The notes under the pieces are model-generated. The model was not told the origin of the DNA. It did no database searches and saw only the letters and a program-made list of their open reading frames with translations. From NCBI RefSeq assembly GCF_009914755.1, contig NC_060944.1: a DNA stretch of 64,000 nt; one strand, written 5' to 3'. The translations under genes and the position numbers were made by a program. Of this stretch, positions 12,004 through 25,635 are shown one piece after another; within the stretch, counting starts at the first letter, position 1, and each line of letters begins with the position of its first letter. The DNA comes from the human T2T-CHM13v2.0 reference genome, Homo sapiens.

Positions 12004-15000
12004 ACAGCTACTACCCTTTTTCAGGAGTGGTGGGAAGGGAGTAGGAGCTTTGGTCCAAAGATGAAGTCCTCACTCAGGGCACCACACACGTGATCAGAAG
12101 CTGCAGGTCCTCGAATGTCCCAGCTCTGCTGGTAGTAGCTGCCCCTCTGCACCCAGCCTTACCTGAGTTACAGCTGAGTAGAATAAATCTTTCTTGAGAA
12201 CTGTCTCGCAGGTGTTGGAACATGATCTTTGGGTTCAGACACACCTAGATTCAAGTTCTGGATGCAAAACACATGAAAAGGTGTGAATGTGGGAAAGTCA
12301 TCTTATTTAAATCTGTTTCCTCGTCTGCTAAATAATATAGTTTTGATTTTAGTGTGCCCAGCATCCTGCCCTCTTCATGTGAGAAAAACACGTGCTTCTG
12401 GTTAGGAAACCATCACCCCAATACCACATGGGCTTAATAAGCTAAGAGCCGCACTGGCCCAGACTCCTACTTTGCAGGTGATACCAATTGCTGTTTGGCA
12501 TGGTTTGAGGCAGGAAATTAGGAGCCATTAACATCTTTAACTGGCCTTGGGCTACAAAACTCCCTTTCATTAATTAGTATTGAAAGAATCAACACAAAGC
12601 TATCCAAAATGCTATCATCCTTAATTGTGGCATGTAAGACAGACTCAGATACCCAGATAATTCTAACAGACTCCATGCATTTCAGCGTAGTAATGATTTT
12701 TAGCACCGAATACAGCCTGGATAGGATGAAGTCTATTCTTTCTGTAGATTATACCACTGTGTCCCTGCTTCTGTTACTGAGCCTTAAACAGAGTCACTGG
12801 AAACTGGTAGGCATGCACTCACCTCAAATATACCACAGCTCTCAAAGATAAGAGTCATCGCTAAATATAAACAAAAGTAATTTGTACACAGTAACTAGGA
12901 CTCTTCCTGGACCAGGTTCCACACATTTCAAGGTTCTAGCAAAGGTTCTATTAAAGGTGACACATTTGTTACGACACTTTTATTTACATGCTAAATAAAT
13001 ACTTTGTTGCTCCTTAGTCTTCAGAATAACCACCTTTCAGATGTTTGCTGAAAAGGTGAATAACTTAGGGTTTATTTTGAGCATGATATGCAACAATTTT
13101 AAGTCTTATCTACCAAATCACCTCTTTGTATTGACAAACTATAATCAGCCTTCAAAATAAACAAGGGCACACCTTGAACAGTAATGTGAGATGCAAAGCC
13201 TTAATTTCCCATGGTTAGTGGTGAATAAAATCTCTCAGTTATGAATAGGTAAAACAGCAGGGCCACTTAAATGTGCATTTTCAGCTTGGAGGAATGTAGA
13301 AAAATGTCCATACAAGATAGCCACCATTTTTCTCCATTTCCCACCTGCATTTGTGAATCCCTTTTCTGTTAACAGTGAAGAAAAAACATTAGTAAATATC
13401 TATGTTTCTGCGATCTGTGTACAAAGTTCCAAAATCTTCAAAATTCACATATAGAGCATCGTATTAGAGAAACATGAGCATGGGAGGTCATGGAACAGCA
13501 CCTGTTCTATCAGAAGGAAGGCACAGAAGAGGAGGGCTTAGGCAACCCAGGTGTGAGGGGGGTTCTCCAAGAAGGTAGCGATTCTGCAAGCCCCTGCCCG
13601 CTGCTTTCTCTGGGGTTGAGCTAAAAGGAAGTTCAAACCGAGGAAGAACCCATGACTGCAAATTTCCACCTTTTGCTTCCTTGGGGCTATTTCCATAAAG
13701 CAAAATCCTCTCTGATGAAGTTTATTCTCCAGGATCTGCCACTCCTGGTAGGAAATAATCAAAGATTGCAAAGTCTCTGCAAATAATTATTATTCAAAGA
13801 TATTAGTGGCAAACCAGGTGAGCCCTGCATTCAGAAACGTGCTGTTGATTTCCATCCTCAGCACTGGCAGGTAGGGAATGTGAGCGCATTACGTAACCTG
13901 TACCAACCGGGGTTTCCTGCTCAGTAAATTCAGGATCAGATTCCTGTGTAGTGATGGGATCTCTACGGGGTTTGATTAAGAAATAGGTGTAAATCACGTG
14001 GCCGGGTTCTCGGGGTGTAGTAAGTCAGTGAGTGTTAGCTGTCAAAGAAATGCCCCTCACCACTTTTCCACGTACAGGAGCCCATTCAGATTTGAGAGGA
14101 TCCATTTCCCCAGAAATACTACCTTCTATTCCCAAGTAAGACCTCAACACGTAACACACAACTTCCAGGACTGCCAAAGTAAGCATTGCAAGCCCTTTCA
14201 TGCATTTATCCTTAAACATACAGTAATTTGTTTTTAATAAGGAAAGCTCACTCCCTTATAAACAGTTTACAGACAGCATGTGATGGAATAAAAGTTGTGG
14301 CCAGGAGGGAGATGGACTTTTGCTGCCACATCCCTGCAAGGTAACAAGAAACATTAAAAATGCATTTGGTCCTGATAGGTTGAATCCATTTTAACCGGCA
14401 TAAATAGGACAGATGAGCTATTCAAATGTCTGAAGAGCCCATATAATGAAATATGGATCATATTCTCATGGCTCTGGCAGGAGGAGCCGATAATTTGTTT
14501 TCTCTCAGCATTAGTAGTCAGTGGCACCCATAATAAATTATATATTGCAAGTTCATATCCTGCACCCAGTTTTATTTACCTATAGAGTCTGAAATCTCAT
14601 TTATCAAAGTTTCAGATGGGGAAAAATATAGCTTTAAATTTATAATCTTTAAAGAATCCTGAATTGATAATATGTACATTTTGGGGGTATGGGTAATTAG
14701 GAACATATTTTTTAAAGTTTTCTGGTATTATTCCATTGTAATGACTGTTTACCAATGGTACTTTCTGTTTTTAAATGTGAAGATGTATGGAAATCGGCTG
14801 CTTCTACCATTTACCTTCACGATAAAACGTGGAATGTTTAGACTCTCCTAAGCTGGAGTGGCTTTGGGGGTGAATTCTGACTGGAACAAAATTCCGCACC
14901 CCTTCCTAAGTGAAGACATTGCTGGGTGGATTTTATTTCATGGTGTTCCTTTGGAAACCCCAAATCAGTGGGTTTTTCCTTTACTTCAAATAAAACTCAT

Positions 15001-18000
15001 CTCTGTCTGACAGACTCTCCAGATCCCCAATATGTAATATATGGCTATGGATGGATTTTCTCATTTTCCTCTCTAGAGAACTTTGGAGCTCTTTCTCTGA
15101 CACCCTGGATTTTCCATTCATGTAAAGGTGAATTCTTAAGTAACAGGACTGAAATCCACCCCGAGGTACTGTAATCCGCACTCCTCTGCACCTCTGCCAG
15201 CTCTCCCTGCAGCAGCTTTCCCTAGTGCACTGGGCAACCTTCCGAGCATCCCTTGGAGGCCTTGTCCCCTCCTCTGGGCATGTGCCAGGCATGGGTCCTG
15301 TATGGCCAGCACATCACATATCATGAGCGTGCGCAGCTCCGGGACTTGCATTCTTCACCGGCTGGGAGAAGAGTTAGGCATTTTTGTTATGTTCCCTTTT
15401 GAGTAAATAGATGTCTTTTTAAAAACCTGGGTCAATATTGCAATATCAACTTCCTTGTCAGCTTCTCTCCCAACAATGTTTGCAAGGGAGAAAAACACAT
15501 TCAGCATTTACAGCAAACATAACAAATGCCTTCTGTCATCATTAATGCCTACTCCCCACCCATCATCTATCAGTTACTGAGAACCTCAGATTGCCTCCCA
15601 CTCTTAGAATGACTCTTTGAACACTCCTTGTTTTCTGCAACCACGGCCCCTGCATGCCAGGCCACCATTCTTGCTCATCATAGCTTCCTCGTCTCCGAAT
15701 TAACCCACTCAAACGCCTGCATGGGAGCCTTACTGAGGTCTTTGCACCATTCTGGGGTCCTCCAACCCATTCTTTATCTTCTAATCAAGTCATCTTTTGT
15801 AAACATCAATCTCACAAAGACATTGGCCCAAAATGCCCTTAATGGCATCCCAAAAGTTTTGAATTCTTTTTATGGCACCAAGGCCTGCCTGTTCCTCTGA
15901 TTAATATTTATTCTCCTCTTTGGATGGGAAACTCCATGAGGTCAGGTGAAATGTCTCTCCTGTTCCAAGCTACATCGCCTACCCTAGTGCAATGCATGGC
16001 ATATGGTATATACTCAGGGTGCGCTCGGCCATACGTAATAAATACACTCACTTCACACAGATGTCTGCCTACTGCAGCTTCAGCAAAACACTCCTAAAAG
16101 AATCTAAATGAGTGTAAACACCTTTAGACCTCAGCTAAAATGCTATTGTTGGCCATGCTCTTAGCTACTGTGTAATGCTGTCTCAACAATTCACCCAACA
16201 GAGAGTAGAGTCCAACAACTCAAGCAGAACACGGTTTGCCAGCCAGTCACCTTACCCAAAACGCCTACTCTGTAGGGTTGCTCTGAGGTTTAGAAATAAA
16301 ATGTTGAACATAACGTCTAGCACACAGTGGATGTCCAGTCATTAATAGCGGTCATTACAATGATGCAAATCAAGGATTTTAAAGTCGTGCTTGGTAAAAT
16401 GAGGTGATGCCATTGAGAAGGCAGCATCGGAACAAGAATTCCGATTGGCTGAAAACCCAAAAGGGAATAGGATTTTTTTTTTTTAGCAGGCAGGGTCTTT
16501 CTGAATGCAGGACATCCTCAGAATTCAGTTCATCCCATTTCCGTGGCTCAAATCCTAGCCCAAACACAGAGGAAAAATGGTGAGCCAAGAGACTGCAGCG
16601 ATCAGCTGGCACGGGGCAGTCTCGCAAGGGAGCGAGCATGCATTTCAAGTTCTCCACGTCATTTCCAATGTGGGTATTCATGACCTAGCAGAAAACAGAA
16701 AAGACATTCCAGGCCTTGAAAATATGCAAATCAAAACAAAACAACCCATCCCTCAAGTGGCCTGTCAATAAAATATCCAAGTTTGGTGTTTTATTTGTGG
16801 AAAGAAACCCAATTGATCTTTCCCCAATGACTGGGGCAGCCCTGGCTTCTCTCCACCTGACACCCATGGCACAGAACAGAGATGATCACAGCTCCACCCC
16901 ACTTCACTTGCACTGATATGTGGGAAAACCTTTCAACAGATATCAGTACCTTTCAATTTAGAAGCAGTCAACTCTACAGATTGTGTTGTAGACAGTATAT
17001 TTTCTGGACTTAGTTAACATTGCCTAGATGCCTAGATACCAAATTTGGTGAAAGAGGCTTTAACTCTCCTTTCCTTTCTTTTTGAAATGGCAGGATGATC
17101 AGGTGCCACCCCCAGGTCACAAGGCCCCGTCCCTATTTTTCCATAGTGTGGATTCATTATCAAGACTAAGAAGCCCGTTGCCTGTTCAGAAACTACCAAG
17201 TTAGTAATTACAACGTGGCTTTTTTCCCCTCATGTTTTACTTGAACAATGTGGGAGGAGATAAAAGTTGGTGAACGTTGTTTGATATTTTAATAGAAGGA
17301 TTGAACACACATCTCAGTTTTTTATGCCATTTTGTCTTGCTTGCGTATGCTGTGTAAGGGTCAACCATTAATAAAACATGTAACACACTAATGGCCCATA
17401 AAGAGTATACTTTGTTGTAAGACAACAGGCAAATCCCTGTCTTTGCTTAAACCAGTGCTCTCAAAGAATCTCGCGTCTTTTATTGTCTTTTTATAAAGAT
17501 ATTTTCATCAGGTGGAGGAAGGGTGCTTAGATGTTCATTGTTTTAAAAAGATAGTTTACTCCTTTAAAAGAAAACATGCTCCACTCCATTCTTTGACTTG
17601 CATTTGAGAACTGGGGGTTCTCTGAGCGTGGGGGTTCCTGGCGGCTTCTCTGGGAAGTGTCTCTGCCCTTGCCCACTGCCCTGTGTCACATTCTTCTATT
17701 GTTACCTGTCAATATCACCTGTCCCCTACCTGAGCTTCTCAGGATATGGCAGCACCTGTTCACAAGTGAGAGGGCAAACCTGGGCTGGTATTCAGCCGGA
17801 GTCCCAGTAGATGGCACTGTTCCCTCTGACTTTGCACCAGCCTGGATGAGGGGGACGTGGGCAGCAGGGGAGCTGACTTCTGGGGTCTGCCTGGGTTGCA
17901 GACAGAAGAAAGAAGGAGACACGCAAACCACAACTGGACGAGGGCTTGGAAATGTGAAACTCTCCCTGCTGTGATCCTTGCAGGATGAACAAGTTTACGG

Positions 18001-18965
18001 TATCTTACTTATATTGCCAACAAATAAGATCAGAAATGTTGCCCAAGGGCAACAAGAGGAGATTCAGCAAAGCCTTTATTTAAGACCATGGTTTCCTGAA
18101 CAAGCATCCCTGGCTGAGATGATGTCCATTCTTTGGAGTCAGACTCTTCAGAATTCCAGCTCTAACCCAGGCTGATGAGATGCACCATGTACCCTTTGGC
18201 CTTAGTCTTAGAAGGGAGACCTTCTCACATCTACAGTGGAGATGTAAATGGTACCCACCTCTTCCGGTGCCTGGGAAGATTAGATGAGATGGTTTCCCAG
18301 GAAACTGTAAGAAGTAACCACCTACTATCAGCACCTGCATCATTTTGTCATGGTTATTACTGTGATTATTATACTCCTTCATACAAATGTCACTCGCCTT
18401 CTTGCCAGGTGCCAGGATCTGAAATTGGCACAAAGAAATCACAGCTATTATGACATGGTTGCTAACTTCTGGAAATAAACAAATAGGTTTTTTTTAGAAA
18501 AAGGTAAGTAAATATAACAAAAACATCAAAATGGCATAAGGAGGTTATGAATAAATGCCAACAGAAGGACACAGGTGGTATCCATACCGGGGTGAGGGAA
18601 GGGAGAGTGGCAAAGGCCAGAGAAGCCACTGAAGCTAAGAGGAGGGGGAGAGAATTGATTAAAATGTATGGAGAGGAATAAGGAGGTTGTTGGTGATGAC
18701 TGGGGAAATAAATGTGCAAAGGAAAAGTGGGAATCAAGGTTAGGCCAAGAAGAGGGAGGAGGGGAAACAGCTTGAAGCTGCCCAAGAAGGGCTTTGAGCA
18801 ACCTAAGGCTCAGGGTTCTCCTGGGGCTGTAGACTTTCCTTATGGAGTTTTGCATCCTAGCTCCCATCATATGTGGGCTGGAGAGAAACACAGCCCCCTT
18901 CACCTACAATATTCTGTTTCTGACATTCTATGTACATGAGAAACAATTGGTTTCACCACAATTTC

Positions 18966-19525
18966 TTTTTTATTTCTTTTTCTTTTTATTATACTTTAAG
19001 TTCTAGGGTACATGTGCACAATGTGCAGGCTTGTTACATATGTATACATGTGCCATGTTGGTGTGCTGCACCCATTAACCTGTCATTTACATTAGGTATA
19101 TCTTCTAATGCTTTCCCTCCCCTCTCCCCCCACCCTACAACAGGCCCCGGTGTGTGATGTTCCCCTTCCTGTGTCGTGTCCGTGTGTTCTCATTGTTCAA
19201 TTTCCACCTATGAGTGAGAACATGCAGTGCTTGGCCTTCTGTTCCTGCGATAGTTTACTGAGAATGATGGTTTCCAGTTTCATCCATGTCCCTACAAAGG
19301 ACATGAACTCATCATTTTTTATGGCTGCATAGTATTCCATGGTGTACATGTGCCACATTTTCTTAATCCAGTCTATCATTCTTGGACATTTGGGTTGGTT
19401 CCAAGTCTTTGCTATTGTGAATAGTGCCGCAATAAATATACGTGTGCATGTGCCTTTATAGCAGCATGATTTATAATCCTTTGGGTATATACATAGTAAC
19501 GGGATGGCTGTAAGAAGAATCAATA
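18966..19525 (-). mobile_element. 5'-truncated L1PA4-like LINE with a short 5' inversion
   Basis: Antisense L1 3'UTR and ORF2 C-terminus (ORF 19197..19523); 18-bp TSD tggtttcaccacaatttc at 18948-18965 and 19526-19543; TTTC/AA endonuclease site. Confidence 0.95.
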
Positions 19526-20023
19526 TGGTTTCACCACAATTTCAAACCAGTCTTGTGGGAGGGGAAGAGCAGGGATGGAGGTTCCTAGTTCACAAACAGG
19601 AAATGGACTTGTCCAAGGCTGGACAAAAATAGAGACAGAGTTGAGTCTGCAACCCCACAGCCATTTCAATTGCATGACTCTCTCTTAATGAACAAGTTTA
19701 ATTAAATTCTCAGGTAATGAGAAGACACTGGGAGCTCATGGGCTCAGGGATGAGGAGACGAGAAGACAGGCAGGAGGCAGGGAAAGCAGGAGTCTCACAG
19801 GCAGGAAGACAATGAGGATGCCATTGCAGTGATGCAGTCGCACAGAGGAGACTCGTGCCAGGTGGGGGCAGCCAGGTGGAGCAGAAGAAAGACATTCAGG
19901 AAGTACAAACAAGGTACAAGTGGAGGCTTGGTCACTACTGGATTCAGAATAAAGGACAGAAAATTCAGAGATCACTCAGAGCATTGGAACCTGGCCCTTC
20001 ACAGTAAAGTCTGTTCATTAAGA

Positions 20024-20579
20024 CTCTTAGTCAGGGTTCTTCTGAGGGACAGAACCAATAGGATATATGTGTATATAAAGGACTATCCAGGAGAACTGCC
20101 TCACATGATTACACAGCAAAGTCTCTTAATAGGATATCTGCAAGCTGGGGATAGAGAGAAGCCAGTAGGGGCTCAGTCCAAGTCTGAAAGTCTCAAAACC
20201 AGGGAAGCCAACAGTGCAGCCTTCAGTCTGAGGTCAAAGGCCAAGAGCCCCCAGGAGGCTTCTGGTGCAAGTCCCAGAGTCCAAAGACAGAAGAACCTAG
20301 AGTCTGATGTCCAAGGGCAGGAGGAGAGGAAGCAGGCATCCTGCATGGAAAGCAGAGAGAAGGAGAAGACTCTGCAAGTTGTTTGTCCCCTTCTTCTGCC
20401 TGCTTTGTTCCAGCCGCACTGGCCGCTGATTGGATGGGGTGGGTCTTCCTCTCCCAGTCCACCATCTCAAATGTCAGTCATCTCTGGCAACACCTTCCAG
20501 ACACCCAGAAACAATGCTTCACCAGCCACCTAGGCATCCCTCAATTTAGTCAAGATGCCACCTAATACTGACCATCATA
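20024..20579 (-). mobile_element. MLT2A-like (ERVL) solo LTR
   Basis: 'ttagtcagggttcttctgagggacagaaccaataggata...gtccaagtctgaaagtctcaaaaccagggaagcc...gacacccagaaacaat'. Confidence 0.85.
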
Positions 20580-22314
20580 AACACCTAATCCATTGCTTAG
20601 GATTTACTTCCAAATGCTGACCTTTCATAGCAGAGAGGGCAGCTGACACTTAAGCAGGATGATATCAGGTCTCTGCAAGTCATTCTCCCCCAACACACCT
20701 GGCTCCTTCACATTTTCTCCATGAGATTATGCCAAATGATCTCTTATGTACTGAAAATGTTTCTCATGTCAACCTTACACTGACTATTTTTTGAAAATGT
20801 AGCTTTGTCCAGATTAATGATATGCACAAAATCATAGATTGGATAATAATAAAAAAACTTTCTTTATCTAATACAAATTATAATTGATATGTGACTCTTC
20901 ATTAAAATATTGTTTTATCGCTTGCCCTTCCCCCTCCAAAACTGCAAAAACAACCAATAAAAAGGGACCACTGACAATCCGTATCCCAGACTTAGGAAGG
21001 CAACAGTTCACAAAACAGAAGCCAGAGTTCCATCTTGTTCTTAGTGTTTAGTGGGAAGAAAAGTGGGCTGTTTGCTTTGCTGCAGAACAAACAAAAGCTC
21101 ACCTTGTACTTTTACCACTTCTGGAGACAACTTTGTTTACTGTCATGTTGTTTCTGATGCAAACACAGCCTGAGCGGCTCCAGTTTTGCTTTTCTCTTGA
21201 CCTCATCATTCCCATGCCTCCAGACCCAAGCTTCATTTTTCAGACAGCCCTGAACTGGAGTGCACCTTGCAGGGTAAAGGCAGCACATGCATCCTGCTTG
21301 CTGCTGCTGTCTGCAGCTCCCAAGGTCCATAGCGCAGCCACAGGGCATCCTCAGCAAAAAGAGAGCCAGGGTTTCTTGAGCCCTGGCCTGAAGTATCATC
21401 CGAATGCAGACAGCACTGATGCTTTCCTGTTAATCTCAGCAGAGTAAGTACCTCCATTAAACTAAAAATAGTTTTAAAATAGCATTTGTAGATAGAATCT
21501 TCAGGTTATGAAGAAACTTAAAGTATCATCTCAAACAAGCTTCCAGTTTATGTTTCAGAGAGCTGAGTCTGGGAAACTTCAGACAACTTACTTATACTAA
21601 ATGCCTTCCATATCCCATTCTTTGTATTGAACTTCTAAACAACTGAACTTAAAACCACTGATTAAAAAATAACTTATATTTTAAAAATAATGATACCACT
21701 CAATTATATTTAGCTTGCTATGAAGGTAGATGATCCCTCCATTATAAACATAGAATAAAATATTTGGGAAAAAAATGGGTACTGCAAACCAAGTGCTCTC
21801 AAGTTGATCAGAACCTGTAACTCAGAAATTTCACTACTTGACAACTATGCCCAATAAATAATTCAACAGAACAAAAAAAAATGCATATGTATGCATGTGT
21901 ACACCAAAATCATTATCTGCAGCATTGTCCTTAACAGTAAAAATTATACATAACTGAAATTATTAGGAAATGCCCTCAGAAACGATGTATGTTGAAATAA
22001 AAGAATTTGATCTATTCATTAAGTTGACGATATAAAAGCTATAAAAAAGTAAAAATGCAAGATGGCATGCTCATAAAAATTGCAGCGTGAAAAGCATGCA
22101 CTCACAATCTGCAATAGAGTCAGAATTGGATACAAGTGTCCAACAACAGAGGCCCAGTTCAGAGAATGATGCTCCATCAACTGGATGGACAACCAGGCAG
22201 CCTGGAAGAACCACAGAGCAATGTTGGTCAGCATGGAAATCATTTTATTACATCCCACTAGTGAAATAAAGCATGCCAGAAAACAGTGTACACACTAACT
22301 TTGTAAGAAAGTAT

Positions 22315-22316
<2 letters not shown>

Positions 22317-22364
<48 letters not shown>
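22317..22364 (+). repeat. (CA)n microsatellite
   Basis: About 20 uninterrupted CA units followed by an imperfect tail. Confidence 0.97.
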
Positions 22365-23272
22365 AGCTGTACTCCAAACTCCCAGAGAACAAGAATTGCT
22401 AACCTGTTGTTGGGTACTTTTCTTTCTTTTTTTTCTTGTGTATGTATGTGTGTTCTTTTCTGTGTTCAATTATCTGAGTGGCGCTCATGATTGTAAAAAT
22501 ATTATTAAAAAATAAACTGCTGTGATAAAAATGTTGATAGCTATTTATTTATCTTTTTAAATATATATGCACATAAATCTCAAGATAGGAAATGAAAATA
22601 TTTGTGCTAATGTAATTTCTTAAAATCAGGTATAGAGATTTAATATTGCTTTTTAACTTGTATTTTTAATTAAAAATAAAAATAGATTATATGCATTTTC
22701 TTCCCTCTTAAAAAAAGCCTTCCTAGAAGTTCTGATTACGCATAAACACTGTCTGCGTGTACATGTGAAGCGCAGATAATTTTATTTGAATTAATGTGGT
22801 TAGGCAGCTTCTTCCATGCACAGCTATCACACCACAGTGAAGCATCCAGGGCATCAACAGCACAAATCAGTGAAATGAAAAAAAATATTATTGTACTGTT
22901 TACCAACAGATCTATAATTACAAAATAAATTAACCGTGAAATGAAACACTTTGGGTTTTCTGCAATATTGTTGTGAGAGACTGGGTGATTCTTTTTTTCA
23001 AATTAATTCTGAGAAAGCTTGAATGTGAAATATTGCAAAGAGTATTATGTTTTTTTATTCTTATTTTTTATCTTTTTTTTTTTTAAATATCAGCACATAT
23101 CAGTGTGACTCAGGGACACACTTTCATTTTCAAAGTCAAAGCTGCAAGCTAGGTGGTCACTTTGAAGAAGAGGCTGGGACATGAAAAAGAGAAAAAGTTC
23201 CACCAATGGAAAGCCCCCATCATCTGCAGGTGACAGGCCTAGATTGGAAGAATGACATTTTCTTTATTCTCC

Positions 23273-23973
23273 TGTGAAGCCAGAACTCTGAGATCTCACC
23301 TCAGGTCCAGGGAAACAAGAGGAAGAAAGACTGATCTGCCCCCTTCCAAACAGAGGATTCTAGTGTCCAGTTGACTGACATCAAGATGGCCTTGCAGGGG
23401 CAGGTGCTGAAGCCATCTCCATAAACTATAAAATTAATCAGGGCAGAAGGGAGGGGGGAAATTAACACAAACGAAGCTTGTAGCACACTCAGCATTCGTT
23501 ATTAGGACAGCTCACTCTCTGACCACTGCCCCATCGTCGTTTGCTACCTGTTGCCCCAGAATCACAGAGATCCTGCTCTGTAGATAACAACGTAAGCATG
23601 GTGAAATGTTCCATTTTCCATTTGAGGTCTTCTTTCATTTCCTGCATCAGTGAAATGACTGATGTCAGCTGGCCTGAAGGGCCCCACAGGAATCTGACTC
23701 ATGGAAGAATGAATGCAGTTTCCACATCCTGATGATTTCATACCCTGGACTCCAACCAATCAATGGTCCCAATTTTCCTGCCTCTCACCCTCCATGATTC
23801 CCTGAAAACTTTCAGCCTAAAGCCCCTCGGGGGGACAGACTTGAGGTTCCCTCCTGTCTCCTCCCTCGGCTGTCATGTGATCATTAATCTCTTTCTTTGC
23901 TGTAAACCTTGCTGCCTTGGTGGATTGGTCTGTTAGTTCACAGGAGGCCCAGGAACCTGGAGGTCCTGTAACC
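23273..23973 (+). mobile_element. MER39-like ERV1 solo LTR
   Basis: 'aagcttgtagcacactcagcatt', 'gcagtttccacatcctgatgatttcat', 'gatcattaatctctttctttgctg' and end 'gtcctgtaac' match recalled MER39. 5' boundary uncertain. Confidence 0.72.
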
Positions 23974-24150
23974 GTGCCTTTGGTGAGTTTATATGACACA
24001 GAGTGAACATACTTACTGGAGCATTCTATGCAAGTATGTTCCAGGACCACTCCCTCCCAAATCCGTCCTCTTTAGAGGTGTGGCAGTGGACACAATCTAT
24101 CCTAGCAAGAAACTCAGAGTGATTATGATGTAAATGTCCGCATGAAAAGA

Positions 24151-24772
24151 TGTAAACTAGTTCAACCCTTGTGGAAGTCAGTGTGGCGATTCCTCAGGGA
24201 TCTAGAACTAGAAATACCATTTGACCCAGCCATCCCATTACTGGCTATATACCCAAAGGACTATAAATCATGCTGCTATAAAGACACATGCACACATATG
24301 TTTATTGCAGCATTATTCACAATAGCAAAGACTTGGAACCAACCCAAATGTCCAACAATGATAGACTGGATTAAGAAAATGTGGCACATATACACCATGG
24401 AATACTATGCAGCCATAAAAAATGATGAGTTCACGTCTTTGGAGGGACATGGATGAAACTGCAAATCATCCTTCTCAGTAAACTATCGCAAGGACAAAAA
24501 ACCAAACACCGCATATTCTCACTCATAGGTGGGAATTGAACAATGAGAACACATGGACACAGGAAGGGGAACATCACACTCTGGGGACTGTTGTGGAGTG
24601 AGGGGAGGGGGGAGTGATAGCTTTAGGATATATAACTAATGCTAAATGACGAGTTAATGGGTGCAGCACACCAGCATGGCACATGTATACATATGTAACT
24701 AACCTGCACATTGTGCACATGTACGCTAAAACTTAAAGTATAATAATAATAAAATAAAATAAAATAAAAAAA
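24151..24772 (+). mobile_element. 5'-truncated L1PA3-like LINE
   Basis: ORF2 C-terminal peptide (ORF 24142..24456), 3'UTR 'ctaaatgacgagttaatgggtgcagcacaccagcatgg', A-rich tail; 10-bp TSD gaaaagatgt (24144-24153 and 24773-24782). Confidence 0.96.
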
Positions 24773-25635
24773 GAAAAGATGTGGCTCCAGGTTTCTTTGC
24801 TTCTAAGAAGAAAGTACATAAAAACAAACTCTCTTGGGGGAAAAAAATGCCCAACTTCCTCTCTGAAAGCTCACAGTGCATGTCACACAATTCATCACTT
24901 TATTCAGTCAGCTGTGTGCCTTTTTCTCCTCTTTTTCTACTTAGGTTTTACTTTTTATTTGGTGTTAAGCTTTTAACTTTATGAGGTGTACATTTTCTGT
25001 TATAAGCAGAATGTGTGTGGACCTCTATTGTACCACTATCAGGAAGAAATTGACCAGGAATGACATGTCTGAGTTCAGACAAGGAGGCTGCTCTTATTTA
25101 CCAAATGGCCAGCAACCCTGCAGCTAGGGCATCCCTCCAAGGGAGTCATGCCCCTTCCAAAAAGGTCGCGAAGGAGCTCGCCATGAACACAAAGGAGTCT
25201 GTGGGTAACAGCAACATCGTCGTCAGAGCAGTTTCGGAAGTGCTCATACCCACCAAGGGCTGGGCTAGTAATTTCCCCTGCATTGCCTTATGTTATTCTC
25301 CCTAAAGCTCAGAGAAGGAGGCATTATCCAGCACCAGCCCTCTTACCTGACTCTATAGGAAACAGTTGCCAGTAGCTTAGTTGAAAAATCAGTCAAGATG
25401 AGAAATCATGAAGTTACGCATATAATCTAAATATTTCAAACGTGAAAATGCACATATTTTCCAATATTTTGAAATGATCCCAAAGTCTTACCTTAAGTAC
25501 CGCACCTCTGATTACAGTTCTTGAGTGTGTTTTTTCATCCTCCTGTCACCAATCATAATGCATTGTCACTATGTCACAGTTCCAGTGTCTTTATACACAA
25601 GCAATAACTTGAAGCCATATGGGAATGACCTAGAG

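Noticed and set aside
19829-20533. Longest ORF (234 aa)
   Set aside because: Runs mostly through the antisense MLT2A LTR; no recognisable domain.
24142-24456. ORF with real protein similarity (also 19197..19523)
   Set aside because: C-terminal fragments of L1 ORF2p in 5'-truncated dead copies, not host genes.
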